In this document: one piece after another, positions 52,680 to 64,000 of the stretch | Position numbering within the stretch: the first letter of the stretch is position 1 | Layout: every line of letters starts with the position of its first letter | NCBI RefSeq assembly: GCF_009914755.1 | Contig: NC_060935.1 | Origin: the human T2T-CHM13v2.0 reference genome, Homo sapiens | DNA length: 64,000 nucleotides | Strand: one strand, 5' to 3' | Notes under the pieces: generated by a model | Told to the model about the DNA's origin: nothing | What the model saw: the letters and a program-made list of their open reading frames with translations, nothing else | Databases searched by the model: none | Made by a program: the position numbers and the translations under genes

Positions 52680-53022
52680 TCTCCGTCAGTTCAGACTGCC
52701 AACACAACACCACAGACTGTGCGGTTTAAATCGCAAACATTTATTTCTCACAGTTCTGGAGGCTGGAACTCCACGACCAAGTCACTGGCAGATTCAATGG
52801 CTGTTTGCAGGTGGCCGTCTTCTTGTGGGGTCCTCGTGCGACAGAGAGCAGAGACAGAGCCGGTTCTCTGGGCCTCTTCTTATCAGGCCACTAATTTCAT
52901 CACGGGGCCGCACCCTCAGGACTCAACTACATTCCACAGGTCCCCTCTCCTAATGCCATCACATTGGGAGTTAAGGCTTCAACATATGTATTTAGGGAGG
53001 ACGCACACATTTGGTCCGTAGC
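52680..53022 (-). mobile_element. MLT1A-type LTR
   Basis: 'caccacagactg...catttatttctcacagttctggaggctggaa' and 'gttaaggcttcaacatatg'. Confidence 0.8.
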
Positions 53023-54944
53023 GAGAATTCAGACTCAAGCCCTTGCCTCAGGCTCTAATGCACCCAAACCCAGCAGCCACGCACCGCACACCCTGGAGAG
53101 CGTGCAGGGGACCCCTGGGTGGGTGAGGACAGGTTTTGGGACTCAGGAGCTAGTCCCTGGGTTTGTCTCGTCAGCCTTCGCCCACCCCTTGACCTCGAAT
53201 GGGCCTCCTGACCCAGAACATGGGGATCGGGGCCTGGGAAGGTTGAGGGAAGCATTAAATGAGGTGGCCCTTTGTCATGTATCTGGCACCCCATAGGCGC
53301 TCAAATGGTGCAACGAGGATGCCACGGCCCTAACCTGCAAACACGTTTCCACGACTTCACGCCGGAGGCAGCCAAAACGCTTCCCGGCTCCCCTTCCCTG
53401 GGGCCCTCCTGGCAGTCCCTGGAGCCAGCCCCTTGGCTCCTGCCTGGCCCCTCCTAGGCAGCCGGCCTGTCCCAGAGTCCCCACCCAGCCCTGGCACCGG
53501 CAGGCAACAGACGCTTGCTGGTGGGTGGTCGGGAGCACGTGCCTGGGGAGAGCTGCCTCCACACCATTCACTGATCTAATCAATATCCTGCTCCTCCCGA
53601 GAACCCGATCACAGGCCCATCCAAGTGGGGGTCTGGCTGTGACCCCTTCTTCACCCCGAACTTCCCCCATGGCCACCACCTCCCCCTTCCCTCTCCCCAG
53701 CCCGCTGGGGTGGGCCGCTGGGAGGAAGCCCATCTCTGACGTGGACCCCGCATACAGGGGGTCGTGGGCCTGTCAGATTGGGTCACCCGAATCAAGGGTG
53801 ATGATAAAACCTGTCCCTCCAAATTAGGCCAGAGCCCCCGGAGCCCCGCTGATTACAGCCTGTGCACCGAGGACAAAGGGTCCCTCTAGGGTCATTAATA
53901 TGGATTGAGGCCCATTGTTTTCTCAAATTAGGCCACAGGGAGCGCTTCTTGGGGAAGCACATAGCGGGTGAGGGTTCCTGGGGTCCCGCCCAGGGTCCTG
54001 CGAGGCCAGGCTGGAGAGCCAGCAAGGAAGAGGCCAGACCATTCCCAGGCTGAAGGCTCGGGCTCGGGGGTGAGGCCAGGGCCAGTGGGCTTCCCCAGCT
54101 CACCTGCAGAATGTTCTGGAGAAATAAAAGGATCCCTCTGAGTACCTGCTGGGACTGAGTGAGCATTCTTAACTTACACAGAGGGTCTTGCTGTCTGCAA
54201 AGCGTTTTAGATTCTCAATGCCTTTCAACCTCCAGCACCTTGGGAATTCCACTCCAATTCTTAGTGTGGGAAAGTGAGGCTCCGAAAGGTCCAAAGGCTG
54301 TCTCGCTGGTTCGCAAGCCTGAATGCAGGTGCCCCTCCTTCAGCTCGTGACATGCCACATCACCGTGGGACTCACTGCCCGCGTTCAAGAACAAGGATGG
54401 CCCAGATACATCGCATGCACACGTCACCGTGACGACAGCCATGGGCTGAGCACATGAAGGCCTCAGATCCTACAGGAGGTTGCCCTCTGCCTCTTCTCAT
54501 CTGACGCCTAGCCCAGTAGCCTGGGGCTTCGCTGGGTCCTGGACGCTTGTTCACATGCTCACCACACTTTACAGTTTATCGTGTAACATTGCTCCATTAT
54601 TTCCTGTGAGCTTTGCAACAGATCATTTTTTCGGGTTGAGTTCAATGGCAGCACGGTGTCATCTCTATTCCAGGAGAGAGAAGGCTCCGGGAGCCAAGAG
54701 GTCCTCACAGGCTGTCACAACCTGGCTGCCTGTGGGGAAGAGCAGAGGTCAAGGTTGAAGGGATGAAGACCCTCACCCTGTCCTCACCTGGCTGAGGTGC
54801 GGTGGGGCAGAAGGACTCATAGCCAGCACCCTGCACCCTGCAGGGCGAAACTGGGCTCAGGAAAAGAATGAGCCCCAAGCTGCCACAGCCTGGGATAGGA
54901 GGGTTCCTGCCCAGGACTTTTTAAGGGGCAGGATGTGGGAACAG

Positions 54945-55075
54945 CAGGGCAGCTACGAGATTCGTGGAGCCCTGTGCAAGACGAAAATGCAAGATGAAAA
55001 TGCAAGACCCTCCTTCCAGGACGATCAGAGCATCCAACCATGTGCAGGGCCCTTCTGAGCCCGTGGCCCCTGTGG
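54945..55075. mobile_element. MER45A-like hAT element
   Basis: 'cagggcagctac...gccctgtgcaagacgaaaatgc...cagagcatccaaccatgtgcagggcccttctgagc'. Confidence 0.6.
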
Positions 55076-55676
55076 TGGGGATGGGGCGAGGAACAGTTCA
55101 TTCAATACCTGTCTGACAAGCACCTGTCTGCTTCGTGCCAGGCACTGCCCTGGACAAAATGGGTGCAAGTTCTTTCTCCGTGGGTCCGAGAGGGGCTGCT
55201 AACAAATGAATAACAAAATGGCTGCAGGTCATGCCGCTGCTCCATAGAAAACAGACCGGGGGTGAGGCAGGATATTGCTGGGGGACCCCTTAGTGGATAG
55301 AATGATCAGAAAAATGGAGGCTCCCAGAGGACGAGGGTAAGCCGTGTGGGGCAGTAAGACAGGAGTAGGGAACAGCCCAACAACGGAGTGGAGGCTGGAA
55401 AGTTGCTGCTTGGTCCTCCGTCCTGCTGACTCCCTGCACAGGTACCGAGAGGGATCGGAGTCCCCACCCCTGGGGAGGACTTGCACCCCCGCCTCCACCC
55501 CTGTGCTGAGCCCAAGCCTCTGCAAGTCCCTGGGGACCTGCCTCCTGCACCCTGACCGCCTGCTCCTGTCTTTCCTCACTCACACCTCTGCTCAGGGCTG
55601 GGCTGGCGTCTTCTCTCCCCAGATGGATGTGTTTTAATATTTCACAAAGGAATATGTTCCTAAAAAATAGCAATTA

Positions 55677-55992
55677 GGCTGGGCGAGGTGGCTCATGCCT
55701 GTAATCCCAGCACTTTGGGAGGCTGAGGTGGGGAGGATCACCCTGGGGTCAGGAGTTTAAGACCAACCTGGTCAACATGTTTCTACCAAAAAACACAAAA
55801 ATTAGCCTGGTGTGGTGGTGAGCACCTGTAATTCCAGCTACTCAGCAGGTTGAGGCAGGAGAATGGCTTAAACCCAGGAGTCGAGGCAGGAGAATCACTT
55901 GAACCCAGGAGTTGGAGGCTGCAGCGAGCCGAGATTGTGCCACTGCACTCTAGCCTGGGTGACAGAGCGAGACTCTGTCTCAAAAAAAGAAA
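55677..55992 (+). mobile_element. AluS with an internal 31-bp tandem duplication and a small deletion
   Basis: 'gaggcaggagaat..ctt.aacccaggagt' at 55852 and 55883. The 'gtgaaacccc' segment is missing before the linker. Confidence 0.9.
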
Positions 55993-56073
55993 CCAGCAAT
56001 CAGATGGCAAGATATCATAATAAGTTTTTACATGAAAATATAAAGTTACAAAACAACACTCTGATGTGACTTA

Positions 56074-56538
<465 letters not shown>

Positions 56539-58950
56539 CTAACTCTTCTCTGTTTTCTGATTGCTTTTGCAATCAACAGGTATTATTCTCATGAGCAGAA
56601 AAACGCCCTGTTGTGCACATTTGGGATGAGAGAAGGGTGCTGCAGGTGAGGAGAAGACAAAGGGGTGGAGTGGGCCAGCTTCTCTAGTGTGGCATCTTCT
56701 CCTCTCCTCCTTGCCTGGCTGCCTGGAGCCTGAGGGTCACAGCCTCCAGCCTCTTGGCTTGCACTCTCGGCCTCTGCACGCAGCCTTATCTTCCCCAGAA
56801 CGCACACTCACCTTCCGCTTCCCTCAGGACCTGCCACCTCCAAACCTCTGCCCATGCTGGGTCCTCCACTGGGCCACCCTCTCCTGCCCAGCTCGGCAGG
56901 TGCACATCTTCCTAGCCTGGGGGGCCTGCTCAGAAGGCAGCTCTTTCAGGAAGCCCCTGGCTGGAGAGACCCCACCTTCCTGCCGCCTCCTCTGGCCTCT
57001 CTGGTGAGCTGCCCACTCTCTTCCTTGAGTCAGAGTTCAAGGTGTGGCTGTCTTGCCTGTGAGGGCAAAGTCTGCAGCCGACTCGTCTCCCTGGCTGTCA
57101 GCTCCACAAGGCGGGCGGGTGCTCAGTAAACATTACTAAACTCATCAGCCCCCTTTGGGCAAACGGGACAGTGGGGCGAGGCCTGGCGTGGCTGGAAAAG
57201 CAGTCTGGATGCCCCAGTTGCGGCTGGCTCAACGGCTTTATCTGACAGCCCTGGGCACCAAGACAAAGAGGCGTTCCCTGGCTGCCTTGGCCTCCTCTCT
57301 CCCAGGGGAAGGCAGGGTGACATGGCGAGCCTGGGCCACACAGTGAGCCCAGGCCGGAGCCAGCAGCCGGTTCCCAACACTGGCTAGGGCCCTTCTGCAG
57401 GCCTGACCCTGAGCACATCCCAGGACCCCGTCAGCTTCCCAGGGAGAGTTCCCAGGAGTCTGTGCTGGCGTGGAGAGGAGCTGGGGGCCCCTGGGTGTGC
57501 GGCTGCAGACGTCACGGGCACCCAGAACCCTGACCAGAGTCAATGTTGTCGTCCCCTTGGCATGCTGGAAAAAAAATTGCTCAGACAGGGCTGGAGGGCT
57601 CTCAGACCCTTTGTATCCTCTTCTCTGAGTCTTGGGAAATTGAGAAGTCCTCTGAGAGCTTCCCTTCACCTGATAGTCCCACCCTCAGGATGGAGCTGAG
57701 GCAGAGTCTGCACTCCTCAACCCTCTTCTCTGTGAAACAGTTAGGAAATGTCTGCAGACATCATCATCCGGACTCAACTCCTCTTCCCTGCTATGAATCG
57801 TGAAACAAAGTGTTCAGGTCACCACAGTGAGGACTCTGGCACTGAGCCGGCACTGGGCGGGATCAGTAGCTTGGATGGAATGCCGGCAGGGTCCCTGCTG
57901 ACCTCATCATGTGGAAGAGTTTCGGAGAGGTCAGGAGTTGCCAAGGGCCTGCAGACAACGCCGTGTGAGGAGGACAGTGTGAGGTAGCACAGGCCTCTTC
58001 GATTCCCAAGGTTCCCTGGAATCCTCAGGATTCCCAAGGAACCCTTGGATCACCCCAGCACCACCTAGCCCAGGGACAGAGCCAGGCCTGAGTGCACAGC
58101 CCGCTAGCAACTGTGTAACAGGTGCCAGGCACCTACAGTGTGCTGGGCATGGGGCTGAGGTGGGGCTGTGCTGGCAATGCTGCAGACAGCATGTTTACAC
58201 CAAGCACAGCTACAAGCCCAGGACCAGCTTCCCTCCTTCCGTCAGAGCAGCCACTGGGGCAGCCAGTGTTACTAGATCCCCACTTGACACATGAGGAGGC
58301 ACCAGGAGGCTGTGCCACTCAGCCGATCTAGCGGTCCACACATCAGAGTCCATACTCTGCCACCATTAGAATGGGGCTTGTGATGGCTGCCCTCACTCAG
58401 TTCAGGGGTCCCCACCAGAATCTCTCAGGCCACACCCTGGGACCTCAGATACACTCTGGGCAAGTGGCAGGGGCCCTGAAAGGTCCAGAGTCCAGCCAAC
58501 TTCAGGTCTCCCAGGCAAAAGGAGCCAGACCTCCCACTCACCCCCTCGAACCCAGCAGTCACTCCAACAGGGCTTCTCTGACAGTCCAGGCTGATGCAGC
58601 TCACTGTGGCAAAAGACCTTCCCTGAATCAGGTCCTCACATAGAGGCCCATGCAGCCCTCTGGGAATGCGGAGGCTGGGGGCAGCCATAGACACTGGAGC
58701 TCCTTCCCTGTGACAAGTGCCATCCCATGGGGAGGAGCCAAGCCCAACGAACACCCCAAGGCAAGAGGGAAGAGCTCTGTGGGGCAGAGGGCAGCCTGAG
58801 CATCTGCAAACAGAGTGGCTCACAGAGAGGACACCTGCCCTGAGGACACCTGCAGGAGATCCCTACAGAGGAAGGGCTAGACCAGGCTCCATCCAGCAAG
58901 TAAGGTCTCTAACAGCTTTGAGATCGTAAGCCCTTTAAATAGGGAGGGAG

Positions 58951-59780
58951 GTGGATGAATGGATGGATGGATGGATGGATGAGTAGATGGACGGGTGGAT
59001 GATTGAATGGGTGGATGGATGGATGAGTGGATGGTTGGATGAGTGGATGGATGGATAGATGAGTAGATGGATGGATGGATGATTGAATGGGTGGATGGAT
59101 GGATGAGTGGATGGACGGACAGATGGATGGATGGATGGATGGATGAGTGAGTGGTGTATTAGTCTATTCTCATGCTGCTAACAAAGACATACCTGAGACT
59201 GCATAATTTATGAAGGAAAGAGGTTTAATGGACTCACAGTTCCACATGGCTGGGGAGGCCTCACAATCATGGCAGAAGGCAAAAGAGAAGCAAAGGCACA
59301 TCTTACATGGAGGCAGGCAAGAGAGCATGTGCAGGGGAACTCCCATTTATAAAACCATCAGATCTCATGAGACTCATTCACTACCATGAGAACAGTATGG
59401 GGTAAACCGCCCCCATGATTCAATTATCTCCATCTGGCCCTGCCCTGGACACATGGGGATTATTACAATTTAAGGTGAGATGTGAGTGGGGACACAACCA
59501 AACAATATCAAGTAGATGGATGGATGAATGGATGGATGGATGAGTGGATGGATGGACGAGTGGATGGATGAATGGATGGATGGATGCATGCATGGATAGA
59601 TGGATGAGTGCATGAATGGATGAGTGGATGGACGGATGGATGAATGGATGGATGATGAGTGGATGGATGAGTAGGTGGATGGATGAGTAGGTGGATGGAT
59701 GAGTAGGTGGATGAATGGATGAGTGGATGGATGGGTAAATGGATGGATGGATGGATAGATGGATGGATGAATGGATGGAA
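58951..59780. repeat. (TGGA)n simple repeat interrupted by a THE1 LTR
   Basis: Directly visible on both sides of 59155-59510. Confidence 0.95.
59155..59510 (-). mobile_element. THE1 (B/C-like) MaLR solo LTR
   Basis: 'tgtattagtc...catgctgctaacaaagacatacctgagactg' through 'ggggacacaaccaaacaatatca'. TG...CA ends and a 5-bp TSD (agtgg/agtag). Confidence 0.92.
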
Positions 59781-59814
59781 GAAAGGAAGAGAGAGAAGAA
59801 AGTTACATTGATTG

Positions 59815-60188
59815 ATTTATATAGTTTGTCATACCAGAAAGTTCTGCAGACTGGACTGCTTACAAACAGATGTTTCTTCTTTCACCGTCCTGGAGGCTAG
59901 ACGTCTGAGATCAAGGTGTGGCAGGGCTGGTTCTTCTGCAGTCTCTTTCCTTGGCTCGTAGACAGCATCTTCTCCTCACATTTTCACAGGGTTGTTCCTC
60001 TATGTGGGTCCGTATCCTAATCTTATGAGGATGCCAGTCATATTGAATGAGGACCCACCCTGGTGACCTCCTTTTAATTTGATTACATCTGTAAAGATCC
60101 TGTATCCAAATAATGTTACATTCCGGGGTCCTGGGAGTTAAGACTTCAACATACGAATTGTGGGGGGATGTGATTCAGCCCATAACAG
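59815..60188 (-). mobile_element. MLT1A/B-type LTR
   Basis: 'ctggaggctagacgtctgagatcaaggtgtggcagggctgg' and 'gacttcaacatacgaattgtggggg..attcagcccataaca'. Confidence 0.8.
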
Positions 60189-60419
60189 TTAAGCTATCAC
60201 AGATACTTCTGAGGTCCGTGGAAGGAGAGAGTGTGGGTACTCATGACTTCCCAGAGTCCCAGCAATGCTACCCAGAGCAGGTCTGTGCAAGGGAGGGCAG
60301 CCATCTGCTTTTCCACGGTCTGGAGTCCCCTTCTTTCTTTCATCAGGACTCCGAGTCCTCTGCCCCATGGACCCCTCTTCCCAAACTTCTCTCTGGTCAG
60401 GACTTACACTCTGGAGCCT

Positions 60420-60645
60420 ACAGGTGGAGCCTGGGGTGGAATTCCACTTCCTCCACTTATCAGCTGTGTGTCTTTGGGCCTCTTATTTAACCTCTCTGGA
60501 CTTCAGGTTCCTTCTCTATAAAGTAGGATCATGATATGCCCTACCTCATAGGTTTTTATGAGGATAAAATGAGGGACATTCATGGGATATTGGAACAGTG
60601 CTGACCCCTAGCAAGCACTAGGTCAGTGTTTGCTAAATAAATGAA
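60420..60645 (+). mobile_element. MIR
   Basis: 'ttatttaacctctctgga', 'ctacctcataggtttttatgaggataaaatgag'. Confidence 0.8.
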
Positions 60646-63600
60646 GAAACCATCTCCATGGGTAGGCTGAAGGTAGAACAGCGTCGGGACTTGTCTGTGA
60701 CCCGGGCTCAGAGGGCTGTGGGCTCAGAGGAGGGGAAGAGGCTGCTGTGGTCAGGCCCACGTCCAGAGGGGGCTTTTGCTTAGCAGAGGCTGCTGGCCAG
60801 GCAGCCCCAGCCGCACCCCATTTTATGCATATGAGAGAGAAATGCAGGCGTGATGGTCTGCAATTGTCCCTTTTGTTTACAGCATTTGTTGGAGCATATT
60901 TCTGGCAAGGAAGCTGACAATAAACCAAGGCCCGGGCCGGCCCGGCTGGCGGGCAGCAAATGAAGACAGCTGCCGAGGCGGGTGCCTCCCGGTGGGCTGG
61001 GGCCGGAAACCAGGGGCTCTGTCTCAGGCGCTTCAAAGAAGAGCCTTTGTCTAAGGCAGCCGAGCCAAGGGCCCCGCAGGGGCAGGCGGGCTGGGGCTCT
61101 GGGTGATGCCCGACTCACTCCACGACCTCACACGGGCAGCTCCCGCTCTCCAGGCCTCAGGTTCCCAGCTGCGAAGTAAAGGGGAACTAGGGCCCTAGGT
61201 ACCTGCTGTGAGCCCTGTGTCAGCTCCAGGGAAGGGAGGGTGCTCTTGGGGTGCCCCCTCACTCCTTAGAACCTGCGTTCTGCAGCTTCGAGATAGAGAG
61301 CGACCTCAGAACACTCAGCCAAGAAACAGACAGGCCAGGGCATGGCCTCCAGACAGGAGGTCATGGGAGAAGGAGAGTCAGCGCTGCCCGGTGAGAGGAC
61401 ACAGAGGCTCTGTGGGAGAAGGGAGGGACAGTCCCGGCATGAGTACACACAGAACCTGGCAGGAGGGTCTTCTAATGGCCACTGGGCCTGCACCCCTGCT
61501 GTGGGCCCAGAGCCCCATGCACCTGCTTCTTGTCCACCTCCAGAAGGGTGTTGCCTTCTGCACATCCTTGTTGAATGATGTCCCAAGGGAGCCCTGAGAT
61601 GTCACAACTTCAGGTGACTCCCCTGCCTCCCAAGGACACTTACAGAGGTGTTTTCACAAAGGACACCTCACAAAGGCACAGCTTTTAAGGACCTCTAGTG
61701 TGAAACGGGAATGTTTCAGGCACTAGAAAAGGCCCAGCAGTTTCTGGAAGGAGAAGAGGACACCCCTCTGACTCTGCCAAGTGGGCCGGCCCTGTGTCGC
61801 GCTGGCCCACGCAGCTGCTGAGCCCTGCTGTTGGGCAGCAATCAGCGATGGGTGGCCGTGGGCAGGTTCCCTGCACTCCTGGGGGCTCGTCTTCAGTCTG
61901 TGCTTTGCATTGTCCTCCTCCTGCTGGGTCAAACCCTGGGCTCAGGACCGTCTGCAGGTCACCTCCTCCCTGAAGCCGTCCACAGCACCAGAGTCTTCAC
62001 TGGCTCCTTTGTTTTCTCTGAAGGCAGAGAATCTTCTAGTGCATGTGATTTACAATGGTTTGTGTCCTGGTCTTATCTGCTACTGCTGACCAGTAGTTTG
62101 ACACAAGTGGGCTGTGCTGAAATCTCTGAACCACCCAACCCCCCGCCACCACCACTCACCCCACACCTTGTCCTGAGCTCAGCATGTCACTGCGTATGGG
62201 AAGTGGGGGGCGGGGTGGAGTTCATGGCCAGATCCTCCAGGTCAGGTGCTTTGCAGGCTAAATCTTACTTGACCTCCTAGCAATTGGGTGATGTAGTGCC
62301 CAGGCCACAGATGAGGATCCAGAGAGTAGGAGAGGCAAAGGGTTTTCCCCCAGGAACATGATGGAGCCAGGAGTTGGACCCAGACCCTTAAGGTTCCAAG
62401 GTCTTCTCATCCCCTCTCAGTCGAGGTCAGCTGGAGGGGAGAATAAATGTGCTGGGGGCTCAGGAGTTCTTGGAGTCAGGGTTGATGATGCCACTGACCT
62501 CACTGGACTTAACATTCATTCAACAAATATTTGTCCCAGACACCAGAAGAACCAGGGGAAGCTCCACCCCTAGCCCCAGGTGCCTGCCTAGGCGCAGGCA
62601 ACACTGCGGATGAGGTGGGACCCTCTCTTGGGGGCGTGAGCTAGAAGAGCAGGCATTGGCCATAGGCTCTGGCTTGCTGCAGAGGTGCCTTTTGTCTGGC
62701 AAGGGGAGCACAGGTGGGGGATGGGGCTGGCCCCAGCCAGGACATTGTCTGTGTCACTCAGCAGCAGACTGACCGGCGCCTGCTGCCTGGCCAGCAATGC
62801 TGACCCCTCTGCCTGCCCTAGCCAATATTTGAGGTCAGGAGGCAAGTACAGCATCTGTGGGCAGACGACAGGGCCAATGGGGTTCTCCTCCAGGCCTTCT
62901 GCTGCCACTCTGCTTCCTGAAGCCAGGAGGCCCAGTTCAGGTGCTCCGCCAGGGCTCCCGTGGTCCTGCCTGCAGGGGCGAGGTAGCAGGACCCCCTTGT
63001 TTAGCCTCTGCTGCATCCTTAGCTGCAGCAGGGAGCCTGCCAGGCAGGTGTGCGGTGAGTACCTCTCGCCGAGGCCCCCTAGGCACTCTTGTGTCAGGGT
63101 GGTGCTGTCTGAGATCCTGGAGGCATCTCAAATGGGGACCCTTTCTTAACCACAGACAGGCAGGACAGCGATGTCTTCCTGCATGACAGAAGGGGAAACT
63201 GAGGCCCAGAGTGATGCAGCCCGGGACCTCCCAGGACAAGGTCCAAGCTCTTACCTCAGGTATGGAGTTTCCATGATAACTGTGGGTCACTGCAGCCCCA
63301 CTGCCGGGCCTGGGGTCTGCACTGTCACTAGCATCCCCAGGGACTTGAGGGATGGCACAGCTTTGGGAAGAAATCCTGCCCGTGGAGGGGTCTGTGCCCT
63401 GCCCCACTCGGACCATCTCAGCCCTAGATATTAGCTAGCTGTGGGCCATCTGGGGGAGCATCTGAGAACCGGGCCTCGAAACTTGGCTAGAGTTTGGTCA
63501 GCACCACGAGGTCCACCTGCCCACTGGGGCCTCCAGGTTCATCTCCCCAGGTGTTGCCTGAGCTTGGCTTGTGATTCCAAAACCAGGTGAAGGCGCAAAA

Positions 63601-64000
63601 GCCGTGTCTCTGCCGCAAGGGGCCCGTGGGCCCAGGAACGCTCAGAACTGAGCTTGCTCCAGAGAAGACACGCAGGGCCAGGGAAGCTGGAGGAGCAGTC
63701 GCCCTCCCCTCGCTGTCCTGGGGGGTCTTCCTGAGGGAGGTGCCTTCTGCTCAGAGACTGAGGATGAGGAGAGAGGGGACAGCCTATGGGGACAGGGGAG
63801 GAGCCTCTCCCAGTCCCAGGGGTCATCTTCCAGGAAGGCCCAGCCCATCTGAGGAGCTCCATAAGCCCCCGCGATGGGTGGCAGGGCTGGGGCTCTGTGG
63901 CAGGGCTTTGAACTCCCAGCCAGCCCCAGGACGGCTGCCTGGCTGTGTTGCTGGCCCTGCTCCTGGCCCTGCCCCACTGTCCCCGAACTGGATCCAGGCA

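Noticed and set aside
58001-58051. Short ~28-bp imperfect tandem duplication ('gattcccaagg' twice)
   Set aside because: Small, degenerate and common. No functional inference is possible.

Overview
This is a GC-rich, repeat-dense stretch of primate (human-like) genomic DNA. The evidence is many AluS/AluJ/FLAM elements with intact target-site duplications, a THE1 LTR, and older eutherian repeats (MLT1/MLT2 LTRs, L1M, L2, MIR, hAT/MER DNA transposons). I find no credible protein-coding exon, rRNA, tRNA or CRISPR array. The ORF track is dominated by Alu/L1/L2 translations, simple-repeat frames and chance GC-rich ORFs, so the window reads as intergenic or deep intronic, and I cannot name the locus. 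The non-repeat parts contain two CpG-rich islands (~20.5-20.9 kb with an inverted CCAAT pair and a GC box; ~48.1-48.9 kb with a SOX-motif core), a strong CTCF-consensus site at 21709, and several AT-richer motif-dense patches that look like developmental enhancers. The most unusual structures are a near-perfect 23-bp hairpin at 42651-42702, a chimeric double Alu inside one TSD pair, an inverted L1MA end whose tail became a 37-bp minisatellite, a dispersed ~85-bp L2-derived duplicate, and a possible fragmented MLT1G provirus. Repeat subfamily names come from recalled consensus similarity, and old-repeat boundaries are approximate. I see no strong evidence for a new multi-gene system.
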